A stretch of 64,000 nt of DNA, taken from the NCBI GenBank assembly GCA_964016885.1, contig OZ024743.1:327856001-327920000 (forward strand), written 5' to 3'. Positions 52,731 to 64,000 of the stretch are shown here, piece after piece. The notes below the pieces were generated by a model. It had not been told where the DNA came from and ran no database searches. It worked only from the letters and a program-made list of their open reading frames with translations. The position numbers were made by a program, and so were the translations under genes. This DNA comes from Eledone cirrhosa. Its lineage: Eukaryota. Within the stretch, counting starts at the first letter, position 1; the number at the start of each line of letters is the position of its first letter.

Positions 52731-54599
52731 GTTGTGTATAGGAAGAAGTAGTCAGAGACTATGTACTAGCAGAGGGAACAGTAAGCTGGCAGTGGCAAGG
52801 AAGCTGTGTTGTGTATGGGAAGAAGTAGTCAGACATTATGTACTAGCAGAGGGAACAGTAAGCTGGCAGTGGCAAGGAAGCTGTGTTGTGTATGGGAAGA
52901 AGTAGTCAGACATTATGTACTAGCAGAGGGAACACTAAGCTGGCAGTGGCAAGGAAGCTGTGTTGCGTATAGGAAGAAGTAGTCAGACATTATGTACTAG
53001 TAGAGGGAACAGTAAGCTGGCAGCGGCAAGGAAGCTGTGTTGTGTATAGCAAGGAGTCAGACATTATGTACTAGCAGAGGGAACAGTATGCTGACAGTGG
53101 CAAGGAAGCTGTGTTGTGTATAGGAAGGAGTCAGACATTATGTACTAGCAGAGGGAACAGTAAGCTGGCAGTGGCAAGGAAGCTGTGTCGTGTATAGGAA
53201 GAAGTAGTCAGACACTATGTACTAACAGAGGGAGCAGTAAGCTGGCAGTGGCCAGGAAGCTGTGTTGTGTATAGGAAGAAGTAGTCAGACATTATATACT
53301 AGCAGAGGCAACAGTAGGCTGGCAGTGGCCAGGAATCTGTGTTGTGTATAGGAAGAAGTAGTCAGATATTATATACTAGCACAGGGAACAGTAAGCTGGC
53401 AGTGGCAAGGAAGCTGTGTTGTGTATAGGAAGAAGTAGTCAGACATTATGTACTAGCAGAGGGAACAGTAAGCTGGCAGTGGCAAGGAAGCTGTGTTGTG
53501 TATAGGAAGAAGTAGTCAGACATTATGTACTAGCAGAGGGAACAGTAAGCTGGCAGTGGCAAGGAAGCTGTGCTGTGTATAGGAAGAAGTAGTCAGACAT
53601 TATGTACTAGCACAGGGAACAGTAAGCTGGCAGTGGCAAGGAAGCTGTGTTGTGTATAGGAAGAAGTAGTCAGACATTATGTACTAGCAGAGGGAACAGT
53701 AAGCTGGCAGTGGCAAGGAAGCTGTGCTGTGTATAGGAAGAAGTAGTCAGCCACTATGTACTATCAGAGGGAGGAGTAAGCTGGCAGTGGCAAGGAAGCT
53801 GTGCTGTGTATAGGAAGAAGTAGTCAGACATTATGTACTAGCAGAGGGAACAGTAAGCTGGCAGTGGCAAGGAAGCTGTGCTGTGTATAGGAAGAAGTAG
53901 TCAGACATTATGTACTAGCAGAGGGAACAGTAAGCTGGCAGTGGCAAGGAAGCTGTGCTGTGTATAGGAAGAAGTAGTCAGACACTATGTACTAGCAGAG
54001 GGAACAGTAAGCTGGCAGTGGCAAGGAAGCTGTGCTGTGTATAGGAAGAAGTAGTCAGCCACTATGTACTACCAGAGGGACAGTAAGCTGACAGTGGCAA
54101 GGAAGCTGTGCTGTGTACAGGAGGAAGGAGTCAGACACTATGTACTACGAGAGGGAACAGTAAGCTGGCAGTGGCAAGGAAGCTGTGTTGTGTATAGGAA
54201 GAAGTTGTCAGACATTATGTACTAGCAGAGGGAACAGTAAGCTGACAGTGGCAAGGAAGCTGTGTTGTGTATAGGAAGGAGTCAGATATTATGCACTAGC
54301 AGAGGGAACAGTAAGCTGGCAGTGGCAAGGAAGCTGTGTCGTGTATAGGAAGAAGAAGTCAAACATTATATACTAGCAGAGGAAGCAGTAAGCTGACAGT
54401 GGCAAGGAAGCTGTGTTTTGTACAGGAGGAAGGAGTCAGACACTATGTAATACGAGAGGGAACAGTAAGCTGGCAGTGGCAAGGAAGCTCTGTTGTGTAT
54501 AGGAAGACGTAGTCAGACATTATGTACTAGCAGAGGGAACAGTAAGCTGGCAGTGGCAAGGAAGCTGTGTTGTGTATAGGAAGAAAGAGTCAGACACTA

Positions 54600-57500
54600 T
54601 GTACTAGCAGAGGGAGCAGTAAGCTGGCATTCGCAAGGAAACTGTGTTGTGTATAGGAAGAAGGAGTCAGACACTATGTACTAGCAGAGGAAACAGTAAG
54701 CTGGCAGTGGTAAGGAAGCTGTGTTGTGTATAGGAAGAAGTAGTCAGACACTATGTACTACGAGAGGGAACGGTAAGCTGGCAGTGGCAAGGAAGCTGTG
54801 TTGTGTATACGAAGAAGTAGTCAGCCACTATGTACTAGCAGAGGGAACAGTAAGCTGGCAGTGGCAAGGAAGCTGTGTTGTGTATAGGAAGAAGTAGCAG
54901 ACATTATGTACTAGCAGAGGGAACAGTAAGCTGGCAGTGGCAAGGAAGCTGTGTTGTGTATAGGAAGAAGTAGTCAGACATTATGTACTAGCAGAGGGAA
55001 CAGTAAGCTGGCAGTGGCAAGGAAGCTGTGCTGTGTATAGGAAGAAGTAGTCAGATATTATGTACTAGCAGAGGGAACAGTAAGCTGGCAGTTGCAAGGA
55101 AGCTGTGTTGTGTATAGGAAGAAGTAGTCAGACATTATGTACTAGCAGAGGGAACAGTAAGCTGGCAGTGGCAAGGAAGCTGTGCTGTGTATAGGAAGAA
55201 GTAGTCAGACACTATGTACTAGCAGAGGGAACAGTAAGCTGGCAGTGGCAAGGAAGCTGTGCTGTGTATAGGAAGAAGTAGTCAGCCACTATGTACTAGC
55301 AGAGGGAACAGTAAGCTGGCAGTGGCAAGGAAGCTGTGCTGTGTATAGGAAGAAGTAGTCAGACACTATGTACTAGCAGAGGGAGCAGTAAGCTGGCAGT
55401 CGCAAGGAAACTGTGTTGTGTATAGGAAGAAGGAGTCAGACACTATGTACTAGCAGAGGAAACAGTAAGCTGGCAGTGGTAAGGAAGCTGTGTTGTGTAT
55501 AGGAAGAAAGAGTCAGACACTATGTACTACGAGAGGGAACAGTAAGCTGGCAGTGGCAAGGAAGCTGTGCTGTGTATAGGAAGACGTAGTCAGACATTAT
55601 GTACTAGCAGAGGGAACAGTAAGCTGGCAGTGGCAAGGAAGCTGTGTTGTGTATAGGAAGAAAGAGTCAGACACTATGTACTAGCAGAGGGAACAGTAAG
55701 CTCGCAGTGGCAAGCAAGCTGTGTTGTGTATAGGAAGAAGTAGACAGACATTATGTACTATCAGAGGGAGCAGTAAGCTGGCAGTGGCAAGGAACCTGTG
55801 TTGTGTATAGGAAGAAGTAGTCAGACATTATGTACTAGCAGAGGAAACAGTAAGCTGGCAGTGGTAAGGAAGCTGTGTTGCGTATAGGAAGAAAGAGTCA
55901 GACACTATGTACTACGAGAGGGAACAGTAAGCTGGCAGTAGCAAGGAAGCTGTGTTGTGTATTGGAAGAAGTATTCAGACATTATGTACTAGCAGAGGGG
56001 GAAGTAAGCTGGCAGTGGCAAGGAGGCTGTGTTATGTATAGGAAGAAGTAGTCTGCCACTATGTACTAGCAGAGGGAACAGTAAGCTGGCAGTGGCAAGG
56101 AAGCTGTGTTGTGTATAGGAAGAAGTAGTCAGCCACTATGTACTAGCAGAAGGAACAGTAAGTTGGCAGTGGCAAGGAAGCTGTATTGTGTATAGGAAGT
56201 AGTAGTCAGACACTATGTACTAGCAGAGGGAACAGTAAGCTGGCAGTGGCAAGGAAGCTGTGTTGTGTATAGGAAGACGTAGTCAGACATTATGTACTAG
56301 CAGAGGGAGCAGTAAGCTGGCAGTGGCAAGGAACCTGTGTTTTTGTATAGGAAGAAGTATTCAGACATTATGTACTAGCAGAGGGGGAAGTAAGCTGGCA
56401 GTGGCAAGGAGGCTGTGTTATGTATAGGAAGAAGTAGTCTGCCACTATGTACTAGCAGAGGGAACAGCAAGCTGGCAGTGGCAAGGAAGCTGTGTTGTGT
56501 ATAGGAAGAAGTAGTCTGCCACTATATACTAGCAGAGGGAACAGTAAGCTGGCAGTGGCAAGGAAGCTGTGTTGTGTATAGGAAGAAGTAGTCAGCCACT
56601 ATGTACTAGCAGAGGGAACAGTAAGCTGGCAGTGGCAAGGAAGCTGTGTTGTGTATAGGAAGAAGTAGTCAGACATTATGTACTAGCAGAGGGAACAGTA
56701 AGCTGGCAGTGGCAAGGAAGCTGTGTTGTGTATAGGAAGAAGTAGTCAGACATTATGTACTAGCAGAGGGAACAGTAAGCTGGCAGTGGCAAGGAAGCTG
56801 TGCTGTGTATAGGAAGAAGTAGTCAGATATTATGTACTAGCAGAGGGAACAGTAAGCTGGCAGTTGCAAGGAAGCTGTGTTGTGTATAGGAAGAAGTAGT
56901 CAGACATTATGTACTAGCAGAGGGAACAGTAAGCTGGCAGTGGAAAGAAAGCTGTGCTGTGTATAGGAAGAAGTAGTCAGCCACTATGTACTAGCAGAGG
57001 GAACAGTAAGCTGGCATTCGCAAGGAAACTGTGTTGTGTATAGGAAGAAGGAGTCAGACACTATGTACTAGCAGAGGAAACAGTAAGCTGGCAGTGGTAA
57101 GGAAGCTGTGTTGTGTATAGGAAGAAGTAGTCAGACACTATGTACTACGAGAGGGAACGGTAAGCTGGCAGTGGCAAGGAAGCTGTGTTGTGTATACGAA
57201 GAAGTAGTCAGCCACTATGTACTAGCAGAGGGAACAGTAAGCTGGCAGTGGCAAGGAAGCTGTGTTGTGTATAGGAAGAAGTAGCAGACATTATGTACTA
57301 GCAGAGGGAACAGTAAGCTGGCAGTGGCAAGGAAGCTGTGTTGTGTATAGGAAGAAGTAGTCAGACATTATGTACTAGCAGAGGGAACAGTAAGCTGGCA
57401 GTGGCAAGGAAGCTGTGCTGTGTATAGGAAGAAGTAGTCAGATATTATGTACTAGCAGAGGGAACAGTAAGCTGGCAGTTGCAAGGAAGCTGTGTTGTGT

Positions 57501-60500
57501 ATAGGAAGAAGTAGTCAGACATTATGTACTAGCAGAGGGAACAGTAAGCTGGCAGTGGCAAGGAAGCTGTGCTGTGTATAGGAAGAAGTAGTCAGCCACT
57601 ATGTACTAGCAGAGGGAACAGTAAGCTGGCAGTGGCAAGGAAGCTGTGCTGTGTATAGGAAGAAGTAGTCAGACACTATGTACTAGCAGAGGGAGCAGTA
57701 AGCTGGCAGTCGCAAGGAAACTGTGTTGTGTATAGGAAGAAGGAGTCAGACACTATGTACTAGCAGAGGAAACAGTAAGCTGGCAGTGGTAAGGAAGCTG
57801 TGTTGTGTATAGGAAGAAAGAGTCAGACACTATGTACTACGAGAGGGAACAGTAAGCTGGCAGTGGCAAGGAAGCTGTGCTGTGTATAGGAAGACGTAGT
57901 CAGACATTATGTACTAGCAGAGGGAACAGTAAGCTGGCAGTGGCAAGGAAGCTGTGTTGTGTATAGGAAGAAAGAGTCAGACACTATGTACTAGCAGAGG
58001 GAACAGTAAGCTCGCAGTGGCAAGCAAGCTGTGTTGTGTATAGGAAGAAGTAGACAGACATTATGTACTATCAGAGGGAGCAGTAAGCTGGCAGTGGCAA
58101 GGAACCTGTGTTGTGTATAGGAAGAAGTAGTCAGACATTATGTACTAGCAGAGGAAACAGTAAGCTGGCAGTGGTAAGGAAGCTGTATTGTGTATAGGAA
58201 GAAAGAGTCAGACACTATGTACTACGAGAGGGAACAGTAAGCTGGCAGTAGCAAGGAAGCTGTGTTGTGTATAGGAAGAAGTAGTCAGACATTATGTACT
58301 AGCAGAGGGAGCAGTAAGCTGGCAGTGGCAAGGAACCTGTGTTGTGTATAGGAAGAAGTAGTCAGACATTATGTACTAATAGAAGGAACAGTAAGCTGGC
58401 AATGGCAAGGAAGCTGTGTTGTGTATAGGAAGAAGTAGTCAGACACTATGTACTAGCAGAGGGAACAGTAAGCTGGCAGTGGCAAGGAAGCTGTGTTGTG
58501 TATAGGAAGAAGTATTCAGACATTATGTACTAGCAGAGGGGGAAGTAAGCTGGCAGTGGCAAGGAGGCTGTGTTATGTATAGGAAGAAGTAGTCTGCCAC
58601 TATGTACTAGCAGAGGGAACAGTAAGCTGGCAGTGGCAAGGAAGCTGTGTTGTGTATAGGAAGAAGTAGTCAGCCACTATGTACTAGCAGAAGGAACAGT
58701 AAGTTGGCAGTGGCAAGGAAGCTGTATTGTGTATAGGAAGTAGTAGTCAGACACTATGTACTAGCAGAGGGAACAGTAAGCTGGCAGTGGCAAGGAAGCT
58801 GTGTTGTGTATAGGAAGAAGTAGTCAGACACTATGTACTAGCAGAGGGAACAGTAAGCTGGCAGTGGCAAGGAAGCTGTGTTGTGTATAGGAAGTAGTAG
58901 TCAGACATTATGTACTAGCAGAGGGAAGAGTAAGCAGGCAGTGGCAAGGAGCTGTGTTGTGTATAGGAAGAAGGAGTCAGACACTATGTACTAGCAGAGG
59001 GAGCAGTAAGCTGGCAGTGGCAAGGAAGCTGTGTTGTGTATAGGAAGAAGTAGTCAAACATTATGTACTATCAGAGGGAAGAGTAAGCTGGCTGTGGCAA
59101 GGAAGCTGTGTTGTGTATAGGAAGAAGAAGTCAAACATTATGTACTATCAGAGGGAACAGTAAGCTGGCAGTGGCAAGGAAGCTGTGTTGTGTATAGGCA
59201 GAAGGAGTCAGACACTAGGTACTAGCAGAGGGAACAGTAAGCTGGCAGTGGCAAGGAAGCTGTGTTGTGTATAGCAAGAAGTAGTCGGACATTATGTACT
59301 ATCAGAGGGAACAGTAAGCTGGCAGTGGCAAAGAAGCTGTGTTGTGTATAGGAAGAAGTAGTCAGACATTATGTACTAGCAGAGGGAACAGTAAGCTGGC
59401 AGTTGCAAGGAAGCTGTGTTGTGTATAGGAAGTAGTAGTCAGACATTATGTACTAGCAGAGGCAACAGTAAGCTGGCAGTGGGAAGGAAGCTGTATTGTG
59501 TATAGGAAGAAGGAGTCGGACACTAGGTACTAGCAGAGGGAACAGTAAGCTGGCAGTGGCAAGGAAGCTGTGTTGTGTATAGGAAGAAGTAGTCAGACAT
59601 TATGTACTAGCAGAGGGAACAGTAAGCTGGCAGTGGCAAGGAAGCTGTGTTGTGTATAGGAAGAAGTAGTCAGACATTATGTACTAGCAGAGGAAACATT
59701 AAGCTGTCTGTGGTAAGGAAGCTGTGTTGTGTATAGGAAGAAAGAGTCAGACACTATGTACTACGAGAGGGAACAGTAAGCTGGCAGTGGCAAGGAAGCT
59801 GTGTTGTGTATAGGAAGACGTAGTCAGACATTATGTACTAGCAGAGGGAGCAGTAAGCTGGCAGTGGCAAGGAACCTGTGTTTTTGTATAGGAAGAAGTA
59901 TTCAGACATTATGTACTAGCAGAGGGGGAAGTAAGCTGGCAGTGGCAAGGAGGCTGTGTTATGTATAGGAAGAAGTAGTCTGCCACTATGTACTAGCAGA
60001 GGGAACAGCAAGCTGGCAGTGGCAAGGAAGCTGTGTTGTGTATAGGAAGAAGTAGTCTGCCACTATATACTAGCAGAGGGAACAGTAAGCTGGCAGTGGC
60101 AAGGAAGCTGTGTTGTGTATAGGAAGAAGTAGTCAGCCACTATGTACTAGCAGAGGGAACAGTAAGCTGGCAGTGGCAAGGAAGCTGTGTTGTGTATAGG
60201 AAGAAGTAGTCAGACATTATGTACTAGCAGAGGGAACAGTAAGCTGGCAGTGGCAAGGAAGCTGTGTTGTGTATAGGAAGAAGTAGTCAGACATTATGTA
60301 CTAGCAGAGGGAACAGTAAGCTGGCAGTGGCAAGGAAGCTGTGCTGTGTATAGGAAGAAGTAGTCAGATATTATGTACTAGCAGAGGGAACAGTAAGCTG
60401 GCAGTTGCAAGGAAGCTGTGTTGTGTATAGGAAGAAGTAGTCAGACATTATGTACTAGCAGAGGGAACAGTAAGCTGGCAGTGGAAAGAAAGCTGTGCTG

Positions 60501-63500
60501 TGTATAGGAAGAAGTAGTCAGCCACTATGTACTAGCAGAGGGAACAGTAAGCTGGCAGTGGCAAGGAAGCTGTGCTGTGTATAGGAAGAAGTAGTCAGAC
60601 ACTATGTACTAGCAGAGGGAGCAGTAAGCTGGCAGTCGCAAGGAAACTGTGTTGTGTATAGGAAGAAGGAGTCAGACACTATGTACTAGCAGAGGAAACA
60701 GTAAGCTGGCAGTGGTAAGGAAGCTGTGTTGTGTATAGGAAGAAAGAGTCAGACACTATGTACTACGATAGGGAACAGTAAGCTGGCAGTGGCAAGGAAG
60801 CTGTGCTGTGTATAGGAAGACGTAGTCAGACATTATGTACTAGCAGAGGGAACAGTAAGCTGGCAGTGGCAAGGAAGCTGTGTTGTGTATAGGAAGAAAG
60901 AGTCAGACACTATGTACTAGCAGAGGGAACAGTAAGCTGGCAGTGGCAAGCAAGCTGTGTTGTGTATAGGAAGAAGTAGACAGACATTATGTACTATCAG
61001 AGGGAGCAGTAAGCTGGCAGTGGCAAGGAACCTGTGTTGTGTATAGGAAGAAGTAGTCAGACATTATGTACTAGCAGAGGAAACAGTAAGCTGGCAGTGG
61101 TAAGGAAGCTGTGTTGCGTATAGGAAGAAAGAGTCAGACACTATGTACTACGAGAGGGAACAGTAAGCTGGCAGTGGCAAGGAAGCTGTGTTGTGTATAG
61201 GAAGAAGTAGTCAGACATTATGTAATAGCAGAGGGAGCAGTAAGCTGGCAGTGGGAAGGAACCTGTGTTGTGTATAGGAAGAAGTAGTCAGACATTATGT
61301 ACTAATAGAAGGAACAGTAAGCTGGCAATGGCAAGGAAGCTGTGTTGTGTATAGGAAGAAGTAGTCAGACACTATGTACTAGCAGAGGGAACAGTAAGCT
61401 GGCAGTGGCAAGGAAGCTGTGTTGTGTATAGGAAGAAGTATTCAGACATTATGTACTAGCAGAGGGGGAAGTAAGCTGGCAGTGGCAAGGAGGCTGTGTT
61501 ATGTATAGGAAGAAGTAGTGTGCCACTATGTACTAGCAGAGGGAACAGTAAGCTGGCAGTGGCAAGGAAGCTGTGTTGTGTATAGGAAGAAGTAGTCAGA
61601 CATTATATACTAGCACAGGGAACAGTAAGCTGGCAGTGGCAAGGAAGCTGTGTTGTGTATAGGAAGAAGTAGTCAGACATTATGTACTAGCAGAAAGAAC
61701 AGTAAGCTGGCAGTGGCAAGGAAGCTGTGTTGTGTATAGGAAGAAGTAGTCAGACAGTATGTACTAGCAGAGGGAACAGTAAGCTGGCAGTGGCAAGGAA
61801 GCTGTGCTGTGTATAGGAAGAAGTAGTCAGACATTATGTACTAGCACAGGGAACAGTAAGCTGGCAGTGGCAAGGAACCTGTGTTGTGTATAGGAAGAAG
61901 TACTCAGACATTATGTACTAGCAGAGGAAACAGTAAGCTGGCAGTGGTAATGAAGCTGTGTTGCGTATAGGAAGTAGTAGTCAGACATTATGTACTAGCA
62001 GAGGGAAGAGTAAGCAGGCAGTGGCAAGGAGCTGTGTTGTGTATAGGAAGAAGGAGTCAGACACTATGTACTAGCAGAGGGAGCAGTAAGCTGGCAGTGG
62101 CAAGGAAGCTGTGTTGTGTATAGGAAGAAGTAGTCAAACATTATGTACTATCAGAGGGAAGAGTAAGCTGGCTGTGGCAAGGAAGCTGTGTTGTGTATAG
62201 GAAGAAGTAGTCAGACATTATATACTAGCAGAGGGAACAGTAAGCTGGCAGTGGCAAGGAAGCTGTGTTGTGTATAGGAAGTAGTAGTCAGACATTATGT
62301 ACTAGCAGAGGGAAGAGTAAGCAGGCAGTGGCAAGGAGCTGTGTTGTGTATAGGAAGAAGGAGTCAGACACTATGTACTAGCAGAGGGAGCAGTAAGCTG
62401 GCAGTGGCAAGGAAGCTGTGTTGTGTATAGGAAGAAGTAGTCAAACATTATGTACTATCAGAGGGAAGAGTAAGCTGGCTGTGGCAAGGAAGCTGTGTTG
62501 TGTATAGGAAGAAGAAGTCAAACATTATGTACTACGAGAGGGAACGGTAAGCTGGCAGTGGCAAGGAAGCTGTGTTGTGTATACGAAGAAGTAGTCAGCC
62601 ACTATGTACTAGCAGAGGGAACAGTAAGCTGGCAGTGGCAAGGAAGCTGTGTTGTGTATAGGAAGAAGTAGCAGACATTATGTACTAGCAGAGGGAACAG
62701 TAAGCTGGCAGTGGCAAGGAAGCTGTGTTGTGTATAGGCAGAAGGAGTCAGACACTAGGTACTAGCAGAGGGAACAGTAAGCTGGCAGTGGCAAGGAAGC
62801 TGTGTTGTGTATAGGAAGAAGTAGTCGGACATTATGTACTATCAGAGGGAACAGTAAGCTGGCAGTGGCAAAGAAGCTGTGTTGTGTATAGGAAGAAGTA
62901 GTCAGACATTATGTACTAGCAGAGGGAACAGTAAGCTGGCAGTTGCAAGGAAGCTGTGTTGTGTATAGGAAGTAGTAGTCAGACATTATGTACTAGCAGA
63001 GGCAACAGTAAGCTGGCAGTGGGAAGGAAGCTGTATTGTGTATAGGAAGAAGGAGTCGGACACTAGGTACTAGCAGAGGGAACAGTAAGCTGGCAGTGGC
63101 AAGGAAGCTGTGTTGTGTATAGGAAGAAGTAGTCAGACATTATGTACTAGCAGAGGGAACAGTAAGCTGGCAGTGGCAAGGAAGCTGTGTTGTGTATAGG
63201 AAGAAGTAGTCAGACATTATGTACTAGCAGAGGAAACATTAAGCTGTCTGTGGTAAGGAAGCTGTGTTGTGTATAGGAAGAAAGAGTCAGACACTATGTA
63301 CTACGAGAGGGAACAGTAAGCTGGCAGTGGCAAGGAAGCTGTGTTGTGTATAGGAAGACGTAGTCAGACATTATGTACTAGCAGAGGGAGCAGTAAGCTG
63401 GCAGTGGCAAGGAACCTGTGTTTTTGTATAGGAAGAAGTATTCAGACATTATGTACTAGCAGAGGGGGAAGTAAGCTGGCAGTGGCAAGGAGGCTGTGTT

Positions 63501-64000
63501 ATGTATAGGAAGAAGTAGTCTGCCACTATGTACTAGCAGAGGGAACAGCAAGCTGGCAGTGGCAAGGAAGCTGTGTTGTGTATAGGGAGAAGTAGTCTGC
63601 CACTATATACTAGCAGAGGGAACAGTAAGCTGGCAGTGGCAAGGAAGCTGTGTTGTGTATAGGAAGAAGTAGTCAGCCACTATGTACTAGCAGAGGGAAC
63701 AGTAAGCTGGCAGTGGCAAGGAAGCTGTGTTGTGTATAGGAAGAAGTAGTCAGACATTATGTACTAGCAGAGGGAACAGTAAGCTGGCAGTGGCAAGGAA
63801 GCTGTGCTGTGTATAGGAAGAAGTAGTCAGATATTATGTACTAGCAGAGGGAACAGTAAGCTGGCAGTTGCAAGTAAGCTGTGTTGTGTATAGGAAGAAG
63901 TAGTCAGACATTATGTACTAGCAGAGGGAACAGTAAGCTGGCAGTGGAAAGAAAGCTGTGCTGTGTATAGGAAGAAGTAGTCAGCCACTATGTACTAGCA
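54600..64000 (+). repeat. Mosaic 77-bp domain with ~2.3-2.4-kb (30-31-mer) and ~3.54-kb (46-mer) recurrences
   Basis: CATTCGC at 54628 and 57015 (2387 = 31x77); CTCGCAGTGGCAAGCAAG at 55701 and 58011 (2310 = 30x77); GAACCTGTGTTTTTGTATAG at 56331, 59872 and 63412 (3541, 3540). Confidence 0.82.

Larger units (their letters stand above)
1..64000 (+). repeat. 77-bp tandem satellite DNA array, about 830 head-to-tail monomers, running off both window ends
   Basis: The motif AGTAAGCTGGCAGTGGC recurs every 77 (sometimes 74-78) bp from position 1 to the end, with no spacer or unique DNA. Monomers typically differ from consensus by only a few substitutions. Consensus composition is A25 G26 T17 C9, with two AGCT, one GTAC and one CTAG site per monomer. 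Confidence 0.99.

Noticed and set aside
8755-52905. Plus-strand ORFs as real repeat-protein genes or a programmed frameshift cassette
   Set aside because: They have non-ATG starts, no unique N- or C-terminus, and lengths fully explained by runs of 78-bp monomers. Most of the array has stops every 1-2 monomers.
28500-54300. 3-bp shorter monomers (TAGGAAGGAG, TAGGAAGTAG) and a 4-bp deletion near 46544 as functional sites
   Set aside because: They are explained by slippage in GAAGAAG and by inheritance within duplicated cassettes; useful only as markers.
1-64000. CRISPR array or other repeat-spacer system
   Set aside because: There are no unique spacers: all 77 positions are conserved between units, and there is no leader or cas gene.
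1-64000. Telomeric repeat or strong G-quadruplex array
   Set aside because: No TTAGGG-type tracts are visible. G runs are mostly GG, with only one GGG (sometimes G5) per monomer, too sparse for a canonical three-tier G4.
1-64000. Tandem tRNA, 5S or other small-RNA gene cluster suggested by the 77-bp size
   Set aside because: No cloverleaf stems, no GTTCRA B-box, no consensus oligo-T terminator, and too few C residues on the + strand for extensive pairing.
1-64000. CENP-B box or human alpha satellite
   Set aside because: Wrong monomer size and no TTCG….A..CGGG motif; the consensus lacks CpG.

Overview
The whole 64-kb window is one uninterrupted, head-to-tail, single-orientation tandem satellite array of about 830 copies of a 77-bp monomer (consensus AGTAAGCTGGCAGTGGCAAGGAAGCTGTGTTGTGTATAGGAAGAAGTAGTCAGACA[T/C]TATGTACTAGCAGAGGGAAC). 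The consensus is about 45% GC, 66% purine on the + strand and has no CpG. I see no genes, RNA genes, transposon insertions, inversions, CRISPR spacers or unique DNA. All listed ORFs are translations of the repeat; the longer ones simply mark runs of a 78-bp (3n) monomer subtype. The informative structure is internal to the array: a 77/78-bp subtype patchwork, local higher-order repeats and segmental duplications of many monomer multiples (2, 4, 8, 15, 17, 23, about 31, 33-35, 44-46 and 55-57), a microhomology-flanked 27-bp deletion, and a possible ~19-bp ancestral subrepeat. It looks like eukaryotic heterochromatic (centromeric, pericentromeric or subtelomeric) satellite from a long-read assembly. 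Organism and function cannot be established from the sequence alone. I found no support for a novel protein-coding system. Sub-block boundaries were read by eye and are approximate to about one monomer.
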